A stretch of 64,000 bases of DNA from Octopus sinensis (Eukaryota), in assembly GCF_006345805.1 (NCBI RefSeq), contig NC_043000.1:42098001-42162000 (forward strand), written 5' to 3'. This document shows positions 23,658 to 35,556 of this stretch, one piece after another. The notes beneath the pieces were generated by a model. The model was not told the origin of the DNA and did no database searches. It saw nothing but the letters and a program-made list of their open reading frames with translations. A program made the position numbers and the translations under genes. The stretch's first letter is position 1, and each line of letters opens with the position of its first letter.

Positions 23658-24341
23658 AGGTAAATTGACTATATAATAAACAGAGAGTGAGAAATATCTA
23701 TCAGACGTTAATATCTTACTATATAATATCAGCTAGTACTCCCCTGAGCTAAATACATAGTTTAACATGTGCTTGCTTTTTAATGATCAATATTACATAT
23801 TACAGTCTGTAATATATACTGGTGTCAACGTAATCAACTAAACCTCTTGAAGGGAGTGCTCCAGCATGGCCTCAGTTATATGTCCGAGGCTAGCAATAAT
23901 AATAAAATAATAAAGAAATACTACTTACAGGAATATTGATCATATGGATCTGATTCAAAGGAACATATTGAGCTTTCTTCTATGACTGAAGGTAAATTGA
24001 CAATATGATAAACAGAGAGTGAGAAATATCTATCAGACGGTAATATCTTACTGTGTAATATCAGCTAGTACTCCCCTGAGCTAAATACATAGTTTAACAT
24101 GTGCTTGCTTTTCAATGATCAATATTACTTATTACTGTCTGATATGTAATATCAGTCTGTAATATATACTGGTGTCAATGTAATCAACTAAACCTCTTGA
24201 AGGGAGTGCTCCAGCATGGCCTCAGTTATATGTCCGAGGCTAGCAATAATAATAAAATAATAAAGAAATACTACTTACAGGAATATTGATCATATGGATC
24301 TGATTCAAAAGAATATATTGAGCTTTCTTCTATGACTGAAG
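23658..24341. repeat. Direct tandem duplication (units ~332 and ~350 bp) including the 3' end and donor of a CFAP47 exon
   Basis: 23659-23990 versus 23991-24340 are near-identical; the second copy has an extra internal piece of ~18 bp. Confidence 0.93.
23929..23985 (-). CDS. Candidate novel cassette exon (57 nt, phase 1-1): IEESSICSFESDPYDQYS, a duplicated 3' part of the 24279-24462 exon
   Basis: Duplicated donor TCCT|gtaagt plus a new acceptor tcactctctgtttatcatattgtcaatttaccttcag formed at the duplication junction; in frame with no stop. Use in vivo is unknown. Confidence 0.4.
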
Positions 24342-24462
24342 TCACCACACTGGAACTATTCTCACTGATTGAATTCAATGAGGAGTCACAGGGCACACAA
24401 ATGGCCTCTCCAGCATCAACACTTTCATTTGAACTGCTCTTCGGTCCTTTGAGTGATGTACC
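24279..24462 (-). CDS. CFAP47: CFAP47 exon (184 nt, phase 0-1): GTSLKGPKSSSNESVDAG...SFESDPYDQYS (Ser-rich linker)
   Basis: Part of ORF 24271..24501; acceptor aattcttttctgccag and donor TCCT|gtaagt. Confidence 0.87.
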
Positions 24463-24589
24463 CTGGCAGAAAAGAATTAGGAAATACGTATATATGGGCA
24501 TATTTATGGTGTATATTCATGCGTTTTTATCATGTATGTGTGTGTGTGCACATGTGTGTGTGCACATGTGTGTGTGAACGTATGTATAT

Positions 24590-25090
24590 TATCATCATCA
24601 TCATCATCATCATCATTTAGCGTCCGCTTTCCATGCTAGCATGGGTTGGACGGTTTAACTGGGGTCTGTGAAGCCGGAAGGCTTCATCAGGCCCAGTCAG
24701 ATTTGGCAGTGTTTCTACGGCTGGATGCCCTTCCTAACGCCAACCACTCCGCGAGTGTAGTGGGTGTTTTTTACGTGCCACCTGCACAGGTGCCAGACAG
24801 AGCTGGCGAACGGCCACGAACGGACGATGCTTTTACGTGTCACCTGCACGGGGGCCAGCCGAGGCTGGCTACGAACACGAACGTATGGTGCTTTTACGTG
24901 CCACCGACACGGGGCCAGACAGAGCTGGCAAACGGCCACGAACGGACGGTGCTTTTACGTGTCACCTGCACGGGGGCCAGCCGAGGCTGGCAACGAACAC
25001 GAACGGATGGTGCTTTTACGTGCCACTGACACGGGGCCAGACAGAGCTGGCAAACGGCCACGAACGGACGGTGCTTTTACATGTCAATAT
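24590..25090 (-). mobile_element. Young RTE-LINE 3' tail (family C) with internal 5 x 61-bp A-B-A-B-A repeat
   Basis: (GAT)n tail and conserved GGAGTGGTTGGCGTTAGGAAGGGCATCCAGC core; units start at 24769, 24831, 24892, 24953, 25014 and 25075. Confidence 0.85.
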
Positions 25091-25523
25091 ACATATATAT
25101 ACTCGGTGACTCTGTCACTGCAGGTGCCACTTAAAAGCACCCAGTTCATACTGTAAAGTGGTTGGTATTTGGAAGGGCTGAGTAGTTAGTGTTAGGAAGG
25201 ACATCCAGCTGTAAAAATCCTGCCAAACAGCTACAGAAGTCTGGCGCAAGCTTCTGCCTGGCTGGCTCTTGTCAAACTGCCCTTGTATTTGCAATTGTAT
25301 TCTTTGGTCATAATCTAAGATCCATGACCATAGGTAAGGATAGGCATGAACACAGAACAGAAGATGACAAGTTTGGTTGTTATAAATACCTCCCAATTTC
25401 TGATAACCAAATATCAACACTGGTGCATTACTGCACCAATAATTATGTTCACTGTGATAAGGTAATTATAAATACTGAAGTAAGAAACAAAATGTAAACT
25501 GATTTCTTAATGACATACCTAAT

Positions 25524-25554
<31 letters not shown>

Positions 25555-26427
25555 ATATATATATATATCTGTAGTGTAATGTGTGCATGTATCTATGCAT
25601 GCACAGATATGTGTATGTATACATGTATACCTATATGTATGTCTATGTGTCTATAAGTACATATAAATATGTATTTGTAAGCATACATATATGTACCTAT
25701 AGCTTTCTTTATCTGCAATTATTTGCAAAGCAAGACTACTTATAGAAACTTTACATATTTTCTAACTACGCCTTGAAATACTTTCTATCATAATGAATGC
25801 ATTCTCTTCTGCTTCTTGTCGAAAGGATGTGTTCCAATGGTCAGGCAATCCGTTTGTTGCCAACACCCGTTAAAAGGTCTGGGCATGCCGTGGTTGATGA
25901 TGTGGTTAATGTGGTTAATGTATTACACTAATGAGCATAAGTTGAGATTTCAATTCCTTGACTGGGTGATGTGCTGTGTTCTTGAGCAAAAGACTTTATT
26001 TCACATTCTTCCATTCCATTCTGATGGAAAAAATGAGTAAGCTTATGAAGGACCAGTGTTTGACCAAGGGATGAATATACCTCCAGAGAATCCAGGAATT
26101 TTGCCTTATGAGCGTATGGTTTGGAATGACCTCTGACCCTTCTTTTGAGATGTAGGAAGAACACTTCCATCTTCATGATATGTTACTAGTGAATAAACAT
26201 GTTTTATGTCATGAATGAGCACTGTTATGGAGAACATTATTGGTGATGGTTACAGGAAACTTAAGTGTCCTAACATAATTATATCCTGACAGAAAGAAAT
26301 AGTTATGAATATGAATAACTTTAACCCTGTAGCATTTAAACTGGCCATACCAGGCCAAAATATTTTACCTGTTTTAGATTCATACTGGCCAGATTCAGTC
26401 TATTATACCTACCCTACAATGTCATTT

Positions 26428-26816
26428 AACCATCTTACTAACAATAACGCTGAGCACCTTTTCAAACTCCACCTGTCTAACACCCGTGGACATGTTTACA
26501 AAGTCAGAAAACAGTACAGCTCCCATGACTTTCGGAAACATTTTTTCATGCTAAGAGTTGCTGAAGCATGGAACAAACTGCCGGCATCAGTTGTTAGTTG
26601 CTGGAGCACTGCATCCTTCAAAACTTCCATGCTTCCTGAGAATCACCAACACTACACCTGATTTTCTCCCCTCCATACACACGCAAGCTTGTATCTGACT
26701 CATACACTGTTCGCTTTCCAGACATTTGTACTTTACTGTATATTCTTTATATGCACTTTTGACAAGTTGTGGTGCACCTGAGCACTGTATACAATAATTT
26801 CATTTTTATTATCATT
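26428..26816 (+). mobile_element. CR1-clade LINE 3' end inserted in a MITE (MITE ends ~26322 and ~26912)
   Basis: About 94% identical by eye to the reverse complement of 9568-9955; flanks carry TAACCCTGTAGCATT / AATGCTAAGGGGTCAA inverted ends. Confidence 0.88.
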
Positions 26817-28052
26817 GAAGTCACAAAGTTACAAGATAAAGCATGATTAATTTCAAACACTGTAAATAAACAAGTATTACATTTGACAGAGTAATCTGAA
26901 TGCTAAGGGGTCAAGTATAAATGCCAGTTGCTGTCACTTTTGATGGTGCAGACTCATCAGTGACTTAGTATAATAATAAATGGAAAATCTTTAACAATTA
27001 AACATAGAACTTTTTATTGTTTCAACCTCATTAAAAGATTTAAACAATTTATTTTACATTTTGGATTCAATCCTTCAAAGTATTTTCAATGAAAATTTAA
27101 TTATTCTTACTAGACATGACATATATGGAATATATGTTATGGTTGATGCATTTGTTAAATAACATTTCAGCTTATTGCCTTTAAAATAGCATGATATTTG
27201 ATACTGAGGATATGCTAGAGTGTATATGTATACACACAAGCATAGAGAGACACATGCACTAATTTAACAAGATCCTTTGTTAAACCGTTTTTTTTTTTTA
27301 CCTTTTTCGCTTGTCTTTCATTCATTTGTTCTCATCTTGTGCTCTTTCACTTTCTCACCTACAAACACATATAATACACACGCACATGCGCACACTCACA
27401 CACACACACACACACAGTTCTTTCATAAACAACATCATCAACGAAAATTATGTGGAAACAACTGAATTTTCCCATTTTTTTTGTTTTCAGTTTTGAGCAG
27501 ATGAAAGCTTTCAAAAAAAGAAAGAAAAAAATTACTGTCTGCAAATTGCTTAGAGTCATATCACTTTTGCTTCATCCCCATATTATTCAGGAAGACATCT
27601 AAAGTCTACATTGAAGATAAAATATCTTATTTGATTCATTACTTCTTTAATACATATAAAATTGTACTTAACAAATCAGATATCACAAAGCAAGAAAGCC
27701 CACTTTCTAAAAAGGAAATTGGTGTTGTTAAGCCTCTTATCAGTCGTAATCTGTTGTCACTGTTCTCTTTCTGAAGAAGCCCTCTAAATTTTAAACTGTA
27801 GGTAAAGTAAGTACCATTTTAAAGTCATTGAAAAATATTGAACAAAATCAAATTATCTCTTTTAACTGACTTGCTCCTGCACTCCCCTATATCTCCTCTT
27901 TATCATCATGATTAGACTCATACACAGATACACACACAACCACTCAACTACTTTGTTGAAATTGTGACATGATAATTAAAGACTAATATATATATACGTG
28001 TATGTGTATATGTGTGTGTGTGTGTGTGCATGCACTTATATTACACACACAC

Positions 28053-28103
<51 letters not shown>

Positions 28104-28274
28104 GTAAATGATTGACAAGCGCTCAAGCAAACTGAGTCTTCAACTTGTTCCATTGCCAAAAGGTTTGCAAGGCACCAGCAGACCTCAAGAGATACATTCA
28201 TGTCAATAGAACATGATTAATGCTTTATTTGACTGAACTGTCATTTGTTGTTTATGACATGAGAATCTACCATC

Positions 28275-28665
28275 ATATATATATATATACATGATGGAGT
28301 GGCTGTGTGGTAAGTAGCTTGCTTACCAGCCACATGGTTCTGGGTTCAGTCCCACACTGCGTGGCACCTAGTTGATCAAAGCCCTGTGAGTGGATTTGGT
28401 TGACGGAAACTGAAAGAAGCTCTTTGTATATATGTATATGTATGTATATGTGTGCATGCTTGTGTGTCTGTGCTTGTCTCCCCAACATTGCTTGACAACC
28501 GATGCTGGTGTGTTTATGTCTCTGTGACTTAGTGGTTTGGCAAAAGATACCGATAGAATAAGTACTAGGCTTACAAAGAATAAGTCCTGGGGTCGATTTG
28601 CTCAACTAAAGGTGGTGCTCCAGCATGGCCGCAGTCAAATGACTGAAACAAGTAAAAGAGTAAAG
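28275..28665 (+). mobile_element. tRNA-derived SINE, family B, with central (TA)n/(TG)n (also 49085-49518 -, 51705-52155 +, 52180-52510 -, 61000-61385 -)
   Basis: Head GTGGCTGTGTGGTAAG...GGGTTCAGTCCCAC and tail CAGCATGGCCGCAGTCAAATGACTGAAACAAGTAAAAGAGT, repeated in many copies. Confidence 0.85.
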
Positions 28666-29039
28666 AGTATACATACATGTTGTGCATGTATATACACATG
28701 TATGTAAATATGTAAAAGTGCTTGCATGCATCCATCTCTTTCTCATTATCTCTGTAGACATACATAGAGAGAGAGAAAGAGAGAAATGCATGCTTGTACA
28801 TATGCATATGTGTGTGTGAATGGGTGTGTGTTTGTGTGTGTGTGCATGTGTGTGCATATGTATGAAGGCATGTATCTATATATGAGCTTAACTAAGAATA
28901 TGAGAGCCATCCCTTGGGTGTTTGTTCAAAAGAAAGTTTGTATAAAAGAATCAGGAGCAGTCTTAGGCAGATTGGTATCAAAAGGGTTAAGGCACTATAC
29001 GACATACTTATGTTCGTATTAAAGAATAATGTATTCCTT

Positions 29040-29200
29040 CAGAATCTAGCATGTAATGCAGATCATCTTTGCCTATGCTCTCTCTGATCCCAGCAAAAAC
29101 TGCATTGCGATTCTGATGCGATATTTTCTTTCACTGACTGAACCAGTCTTTTGAGTATGATCTTCAGCATATCCCTATATTCCTTCTTGCTTTTTTTGAT
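29040..29200 (-). mobile_element. RTE-like LINE RT fragment
   Basis: KIILKRL...KENIASESQCSF, a degenerate ILPESQCGFR motif. Confidence 0.55.
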
Positions 29201-29250
29201 ACAAAAAAAAAACAAAAAAAAACACAGAAGATAAAGAAATGAGCACTTAC

Positions 29251-29350
29251 TGGTTGACAAATAATCTTGTAATCCAATTGGTGATGAACCAAGAAAGAAT
29301 AGCAACTTAGAAGGCAGTTGTCTGCGATAGCAACGACAGTCAGCTGGAAA
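29251..29350 (-). CDS. CFAP47: CFAP47 exon (100 nt, phase 2-0): FQLTVVAIADNCLLSCYSFLVHHQLDYKIICQP
   Basis: Donor CCA|gtaagt and acceptor ttttgaattag; matches the recalled motif FxLxVxAxAxNCxL. Confidence 0.9.
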
Positions 29351-29754
29351 CTAATTCAAAATTTCAAAGTATTAAAAACAAACACAATAAAATTTATGAA
29401 CAAAAACATAAAAAACATATTATATATCTGTAACTATATATTTTGATTTTTTAACGTTTGCTCGTTAATTTTCTTCTGTTTATTTTCAATATCTATAAAC
29501 ACATACACACACACACATTTAGTGTTGGCTGTCAGAAGAAAGATTATTCAATATCATGGAAGATGTTGACAATATTTTTATTTTTGGTGAGTCAGTCTCT
29601 TGCTGTGTTGAGTTTCACCTGTGGGTCACAGGCACTTCAAACAAGTTAGGACTGGGAAAACGATGGAGATGGGATTTATTCTAGTGTTTGGATTTTGAGG
29701 GTTTATCTAAGACAATTCTGTTTTGTAGTCTACATGCATACACACAAATGGATA

Positions 29755-29787
<33 letters not shown>

Positions 29788-32347
29788 CATCGTCGTCGTC
29801 GTCGCCGCCGCCACCACCACCACCACCACCACCATCACCATCACCATCATCATCATTATCATCATCTGACATCTCTTTATCCATGTTGGCATGAGTTGGA
29901 TGACAGCATCTTGCCTCTTGCTGCAGTCTTTCATCTACTTATACACCCACTTGCAAAAGATACTGACAATTGTTGTAGTGATTGTGTAATTCTTCTGCTT
30001 CAGGTATTTTATGGCTGGTGACCTTTCCTACTGTCAACCATGTTACAGCATGAACTAGGTACATTTTATCCATCTACTAGCATAGGTACTCTCTACCTAG
30101 ACCAGTTTTACAGATCTTCTAAATAGGTTAATTTCACTACGTGTAGCAAGGTCTATATCTCATATGCTCCTTCTTTTCAGGTATCAAAAATAATTCTTTC
30201 TTTTCTGATGCATACCTATTCTATCACCAACAACTTTACAATGTACACAAGGTGAATGTTTATTATACCATTAATATTATCTTTGTCATGTATATATAGA
30301 GAAGAAGCATATATCATTAATTTGTGGTGGCTGGGAGTAAGGCTCACTCCATGATGCATGTAGAGGAAAGGCATTTAGATCCCTAGGAAACATACCGTAA
30401 TGGTCCAATAACAACAGAGCCTATTGTGAAGACCTAAAGGTGGGTAAAGATCAATGGCATGGCTAAGAGGGTGGATATATTAGTCATTGTCACATATCAC
30501 CAGTCATACTTCTAAAGTATGAGTGGTAATGTAATACCCAATTCCAGGGTAGGCTTATGATTCATCAGTCCAGGAGTTCCTTTCTGTTTGTTTTTTTAGG
30601 CAAAGCCATCATCCATCACCAGCTCACCAGGCCTGTCACAACTTCATGTCTATTTGCTGTTTTAGACAAGGCCATCATCCATTGCCAGCTTGCCAGGCCT
30701 GTCATAAATTTATCATTTTACACATTTTTGTTAGCTGAGTAGACTAGTGCAATGTGAAATATTTTGCTCAAGAACACAACACATCACCTGGTACTGGAAT
30801 TGAAACCACAATCTTACAATCATGAGTTCAACACCCTAACTACTAAACCATATGCCTCCACGACTGGAAATGTAAATGATAAAACTAAAGCTAGTTATTT
30901 CTTATCTTGCTTGAGTCTACTTGGTTTATATCCTTCATATGTGTATGTACAGCAAACATTTCCTAAAAGTATTGGTGCCACAGGTGAATTCAAGTGAAGT
31001 AAATGTGTATTAACCAAACCCTGAAATAAGTGTTGCTGTCTTGACTCACAAAAGATTTTATCATTAAGGTGTTCACCACAGTGTGGCATTATAAGATAGA
31101 TATCACTAAAGAGTGGTGAAGCTGGCTGAGAAAGTAGGACATTGGTAAAAAGTTAATATAGTATTTAGAGTTCATATCCTACAACAGATGGTATTTTTTT
31201 TCACTTCTTATAAATTACGCAGTATCAATATTATCATTATTGATAATACATAAAAGACAGTAATTTGGCAGAATTGTTAGCACACCAGGGAGAAAGCTTA
31301 ATGGAATTTTGCCCATCCTCATCTTCTGAGTTCAAATTTTGCTGAGGTTGACTTCACCTTTCATCCTTTTGAGCTTGATAAAATAGGTAACAGTTGGTTA
31401 CTGGGATTGATGTAATCGATTAACCCCTCCCCCAGGACTGCTGGTCCTGTGCCAAAATTTTAAACCAATAATACATATAAGGTGGTGGGCTACCAGAAAC
31501 ATCAGCACCCTGTTCTGAGTTCAAATTTCACTGAGGTCAATTTTGCCTTACATCCTTTTGGGGGTAATTGAAATAAGTACTAATTGAGAACTGGGGTTAA
31601 CACAATCAATTAACTTCTCAGCCAGGATTGCTGCCCGGTGCCAAAATTTGAAACCAGTAACACAAATAAGGTGGTGAGCTAGCAGAAGTCATTAGCACAC
31701 TCTTCTGAGTTCAAATTCCACTAAAGTTGATTTTTACCTTACATCATTTGGGGATGGGGTGGGGTCTGTGAAATAAGTACTAGTTGAGTATTGGAGGTGG
31801 TCAATGTAATGGACTATCTCCCTCACACCAAATGTCCGACCTTGTGCCTATAGTAGAAAGGATTATTAACAATACATATACAAGTAATATTGTAGGCCTG
31901 ATTAAGGTAGCAGTTATATCCTACCCTTGCTCACCATGGTTATATATAACTGTTACATCCTGTTGCCCCTACTTTTTCGAACCTGATTAAGATAACAGAT
32001 GCACCCTGCCAACTCCAACCTAAGGTAAGAGTTACACACTGTCATACCTACACACCCTTCAAAATTATTGATCTTGTAACTACTATAAACATAGCAATAA
32101 ATTTAGAGATCAAACCTGTATGATAACAATGGTGTTCACGATGATGGTGATGATGGCCATGGTGGTGACGGTGTTGATGGTGATGATAATGATGATGATG
32201 ATAATGATGATGATGATGATGATGATAATGAATGCTGATAAGATTTCGATGATAGCGTTGTCAGTAGTTGTGGTGGGAATGATAGTGATATTGATGATAG
32301 TGATGATGATGATGATAATGATGATGATGATGATTATGATGATGATT

Positions 32348-32386
<39 letters not shown>

Positions 32387-33743
32387 ATGATGATGATAAG
32401 GAGCAATGGAAAGGTCAGATCGTGCTAATCAATTAGTTGTGTCTAATTGGTTACAGAATCAGAATGTTACAAGTAGATGATGCCAAAAAGTACTCATCAT
32501 ATTGATCCACCTAATGCCGCTACTGCTGCCAACAACGGCAACAACAACAACAGCAATGGCACATTTTTACCATCACCTCCTCTCTGTCTCTTTTCCAAGT
32601 GGGGTAGTCAGGTATCTCCTCCAAACCATTTTCTGTCCCTCTATTAAACTTTAATCTCTCACCACCTGGCACAACACCATCTCTCTCAATATAAATCCTT
32701 CCCTCAGTCGAGGTGGGGTGGAGTGCCTTGCCTTGCAAATTACTTTTTGGCCTCTCCGGTGCTGGTGCCACATAAAAAGACACTCAGCATACTCTGTAAA
32801 ATGGTTGAGTATTAAGAAGGACATTCATAGAAGCAGAGAGTGGACCCTGATGCAATCCTATGGTTTACCAGCTCCTATTGAACTGTCCAAACCATGCCAG
32901 CTAGGAAAAACGGAGGTTAAATGATGGTGATAATGATGATGATGATGATGATGATGATGAACGTCATCTTATTTTCCCATCTGGTAGACTAGATTAGCAT
33001 ATTCCACCTTCCATTGTCTCTTATCAATAATGGTCACACAATAGGAGACAAAAAAAATTAATTAATAGCTGCAGGCATGGCTATTTGGTAAGAAGCTTGA
33101 TTCCAAACCACATGGTTAAGGGTTCAGTTCCACAGCATGACATCTAGAGTGAGTGTCTTCTACTATAGCCTTCAGCTAATCAAAGCTTTGTGAGTGGATT
33201 TGGTAGATGGAAACTGAAAGAAGACTGTCATATATATATATATCATCATCATCATCATCATCGTTTAACGTCCGTTTTCCGCGCTAGCACGGGTTGGACG
33301 GTTTCGACCGGGGTCTGGGGAGCTCGGGACTGCCCCAGGCTCCAGTCTAGTCTGGCAGTGTTTCTACAGCTGGATGCCCTTCCTAACGCCAACCACTCCG
33401 CGAGTGTAGTGGGTGTTTTTTTACGTGCCACCTGCACAGGTGCCAGAGGGGTCTGGCATCGGCCACGTTCGGATGGTGCTTTTTATGTGGGGGGGGGTAT
33501 AGAAATATATAGGGGAGCACCAGTGGGGAGGGGTGGTTCAGAGAAATGATGACGGGTTCTAGGCAAGTAGAACGTAGGATATCAAGAGAGGGGTAATGCA
33601 TGGTGAAATAGCGTGTTGAAGAGGGGGGTTCGAAGAGTAGACACCTATAATGGTGGTGGGAGAAGCGACATCCGGTATAGATGGAACAAAAATATAGAGA
33701 TATCCGGTATTGGTGGTGGGGGTGGGCAACGGCGGGTGCACCG

Positions 33744-35556
33744 GGAATATGCGAAGGTTGAACTTTAGAGAAACGGGCGGGAATGGCGATGTTTTTAGGG
33801 TGGCATGTAGAAAGAAAAGGAAAGCAAAGCAGATTGGTGGTTATAAGTTCAAAACATTTAACGGTAGAACAAATGTATGTAGGTATGAAAAAGAAGGGAG
33901 AAATCTTAGCCTGCTCATGGACATCGCTGCAAGTCAGGGGAAGAAATGATAGTGAATGGTGGAGATCGAATTAAAGGAATATGCGAAGGTTGAACTTTAG
34001 AGAAACGGGCGGGAATGGTGATGTTTTTAGGGTGGCATGTAGAAAGAAAAGGAAAGCAAAGCAGATTGGTGGTTATAAGTTCAAAACATTTAAACGGTAG
34101 ACAAATGTATGTAGGTATGAAAAAGAAGGGAGAAATCTTAGCCTGCTCATGGACATCGCTGCAAGTCAGGGGAAGAAATGATAGTGAATGGTGGAGATCG
34201 AATTAAAGGGAATATGCGAAGGTTGAACTTTAGAGAAACGGGCGGGAATGGCGATGTTTTTAGGGTGGCATGTAGAAAGAAAAGGAAAGCAAAGCAGATT
34301 GGTGGTTATAAGTTCAAAACATTTAAACGGTAGACAAATGTATGTAGGTATGAAAAAGAAGGGAGAAATCTTAGCCTGCTCATGGACATCGCTGCAAGTC
34401 AGGGGAAGAAATGATAGTGAATGGTGGAGATCGAATTAAGGGAATATGCGAAGGTTGAACTTTTAGAAACGGGCGGGAATGGCGATGTTTTTTAGGGTGG
34501 CATGTAGAAAGAAAAGGAAAGCAAAGCAGATTGGTGGTTATAAGTTCAAAACATTTAAACGGTAGACAAATGTATGTATGTATGAAAAAGAAGGGAGAAA
34601 TCTTAGCCTGCTCATGGACATCGCTGCAAGTCAGGGGAAGAAATGATAGTGAATGGTGGAGATCGAATTAAAGGGAATATGCGAAGGTTGAACTTTAGAG
34701 AAACGGGTGGGATGGCGATGTTTTTAGGGTGGCATGTAGAAAGAAAAGGAAAGCAAAGCAGATTGGTGGTTATAAGTTCAAAACATTTAAACGGTAGACA
34801 AATGTATGTATGTATGAAAAAGAAGGGAGAAATCTTAGCCTGCTCATGGACATCGCTGCAAGTCAGGGGAAGAATGATAGTGAATGGTGGAGATCGAATT
34901 AAAGGGAATATGCGAAGGTTGAACTTTAGAGAAACGGGCGGGAATGGCGATGTTTTTAGGGTGGCATGTAGAAAGAAAAGGAAAGCAAAGCAGATTGGTG
35001 GTTATAAGTTCAAAACATTTAAACGGTAGACAAATGTATGTATGTATGAAAAAGAAGGGAGAAATCTTAGCCTGCTCATGGACATCGCTGCAAGTCAGGG
35101 GAAGAAATGATAGTGAATGGTGGAGATCGAATTAAAGGGAATATGCAAAGGTTGAACTTTAGAGAAACGGGCGGGAATGGCGATGTTTTTAGGGTGGCAT
35201 GTAGAAAGAAAAGGAAAGCAAAGCAGATTGGTGGTTATAAGTTCAAAACATTTAAACGGTAGACAAATGTATGTATGTATGAAATAGAAGGGAGAAATCT
35301 TAGCCTGCTCATGGACATCGCTGCAAGTCAGGGGAAGAAATGATAGTGAATGGTGGAGATCGAATTAAAGGGAATATGCGAAGGTTGAACTTTAGAGAAA
35401 CGGGCGGGAATGGCGATGTTTTTAGGGTGGCATGTAGAAAGAAAAGGAAAGCAAAGCAGATTGGTGGTTATAAGTTCAAAACATTTAAACGGTAGACAAA
35501 TGTATGTAGGTATGAAATAGAAGAGAGAAATCTTAGCCTGCTCATGGACATCGCTG
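33744..35556. repeat. Tandem array of 7.8 near-identical 231-233-bp units
   Basis: Units start at 33744, 33976, 34209, 34441, 34674, 34905, 35138 and 35371; the last is truncated at 35556. Confidence 0.97.

Noticed and set aside
24769-25085. CRISPR-like regular repeat with palindromic units
   Set aside because: There are no unique spacers, the units alternate A/B, they lie in an RTE 3' UTR in a eukaryotic intron, and no cas genes are present.
27675-27795. Exon-like open frame LKFRGLLQKENSD... behind a good acceptor
   Set aside because: The wrong phase for its intron (phase 0 gives an immediate stop), no convincing donor, and not needed in the exon chain.
33783-35135. Repeated 63-aa ORFs in the 232-bp array, and the array as a hammerhead retrozyme
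   Set aside because: The unit length is not a multiple of 3, frames break between copies, and I recognise no domain. No CUGANGA core was found on either strand.
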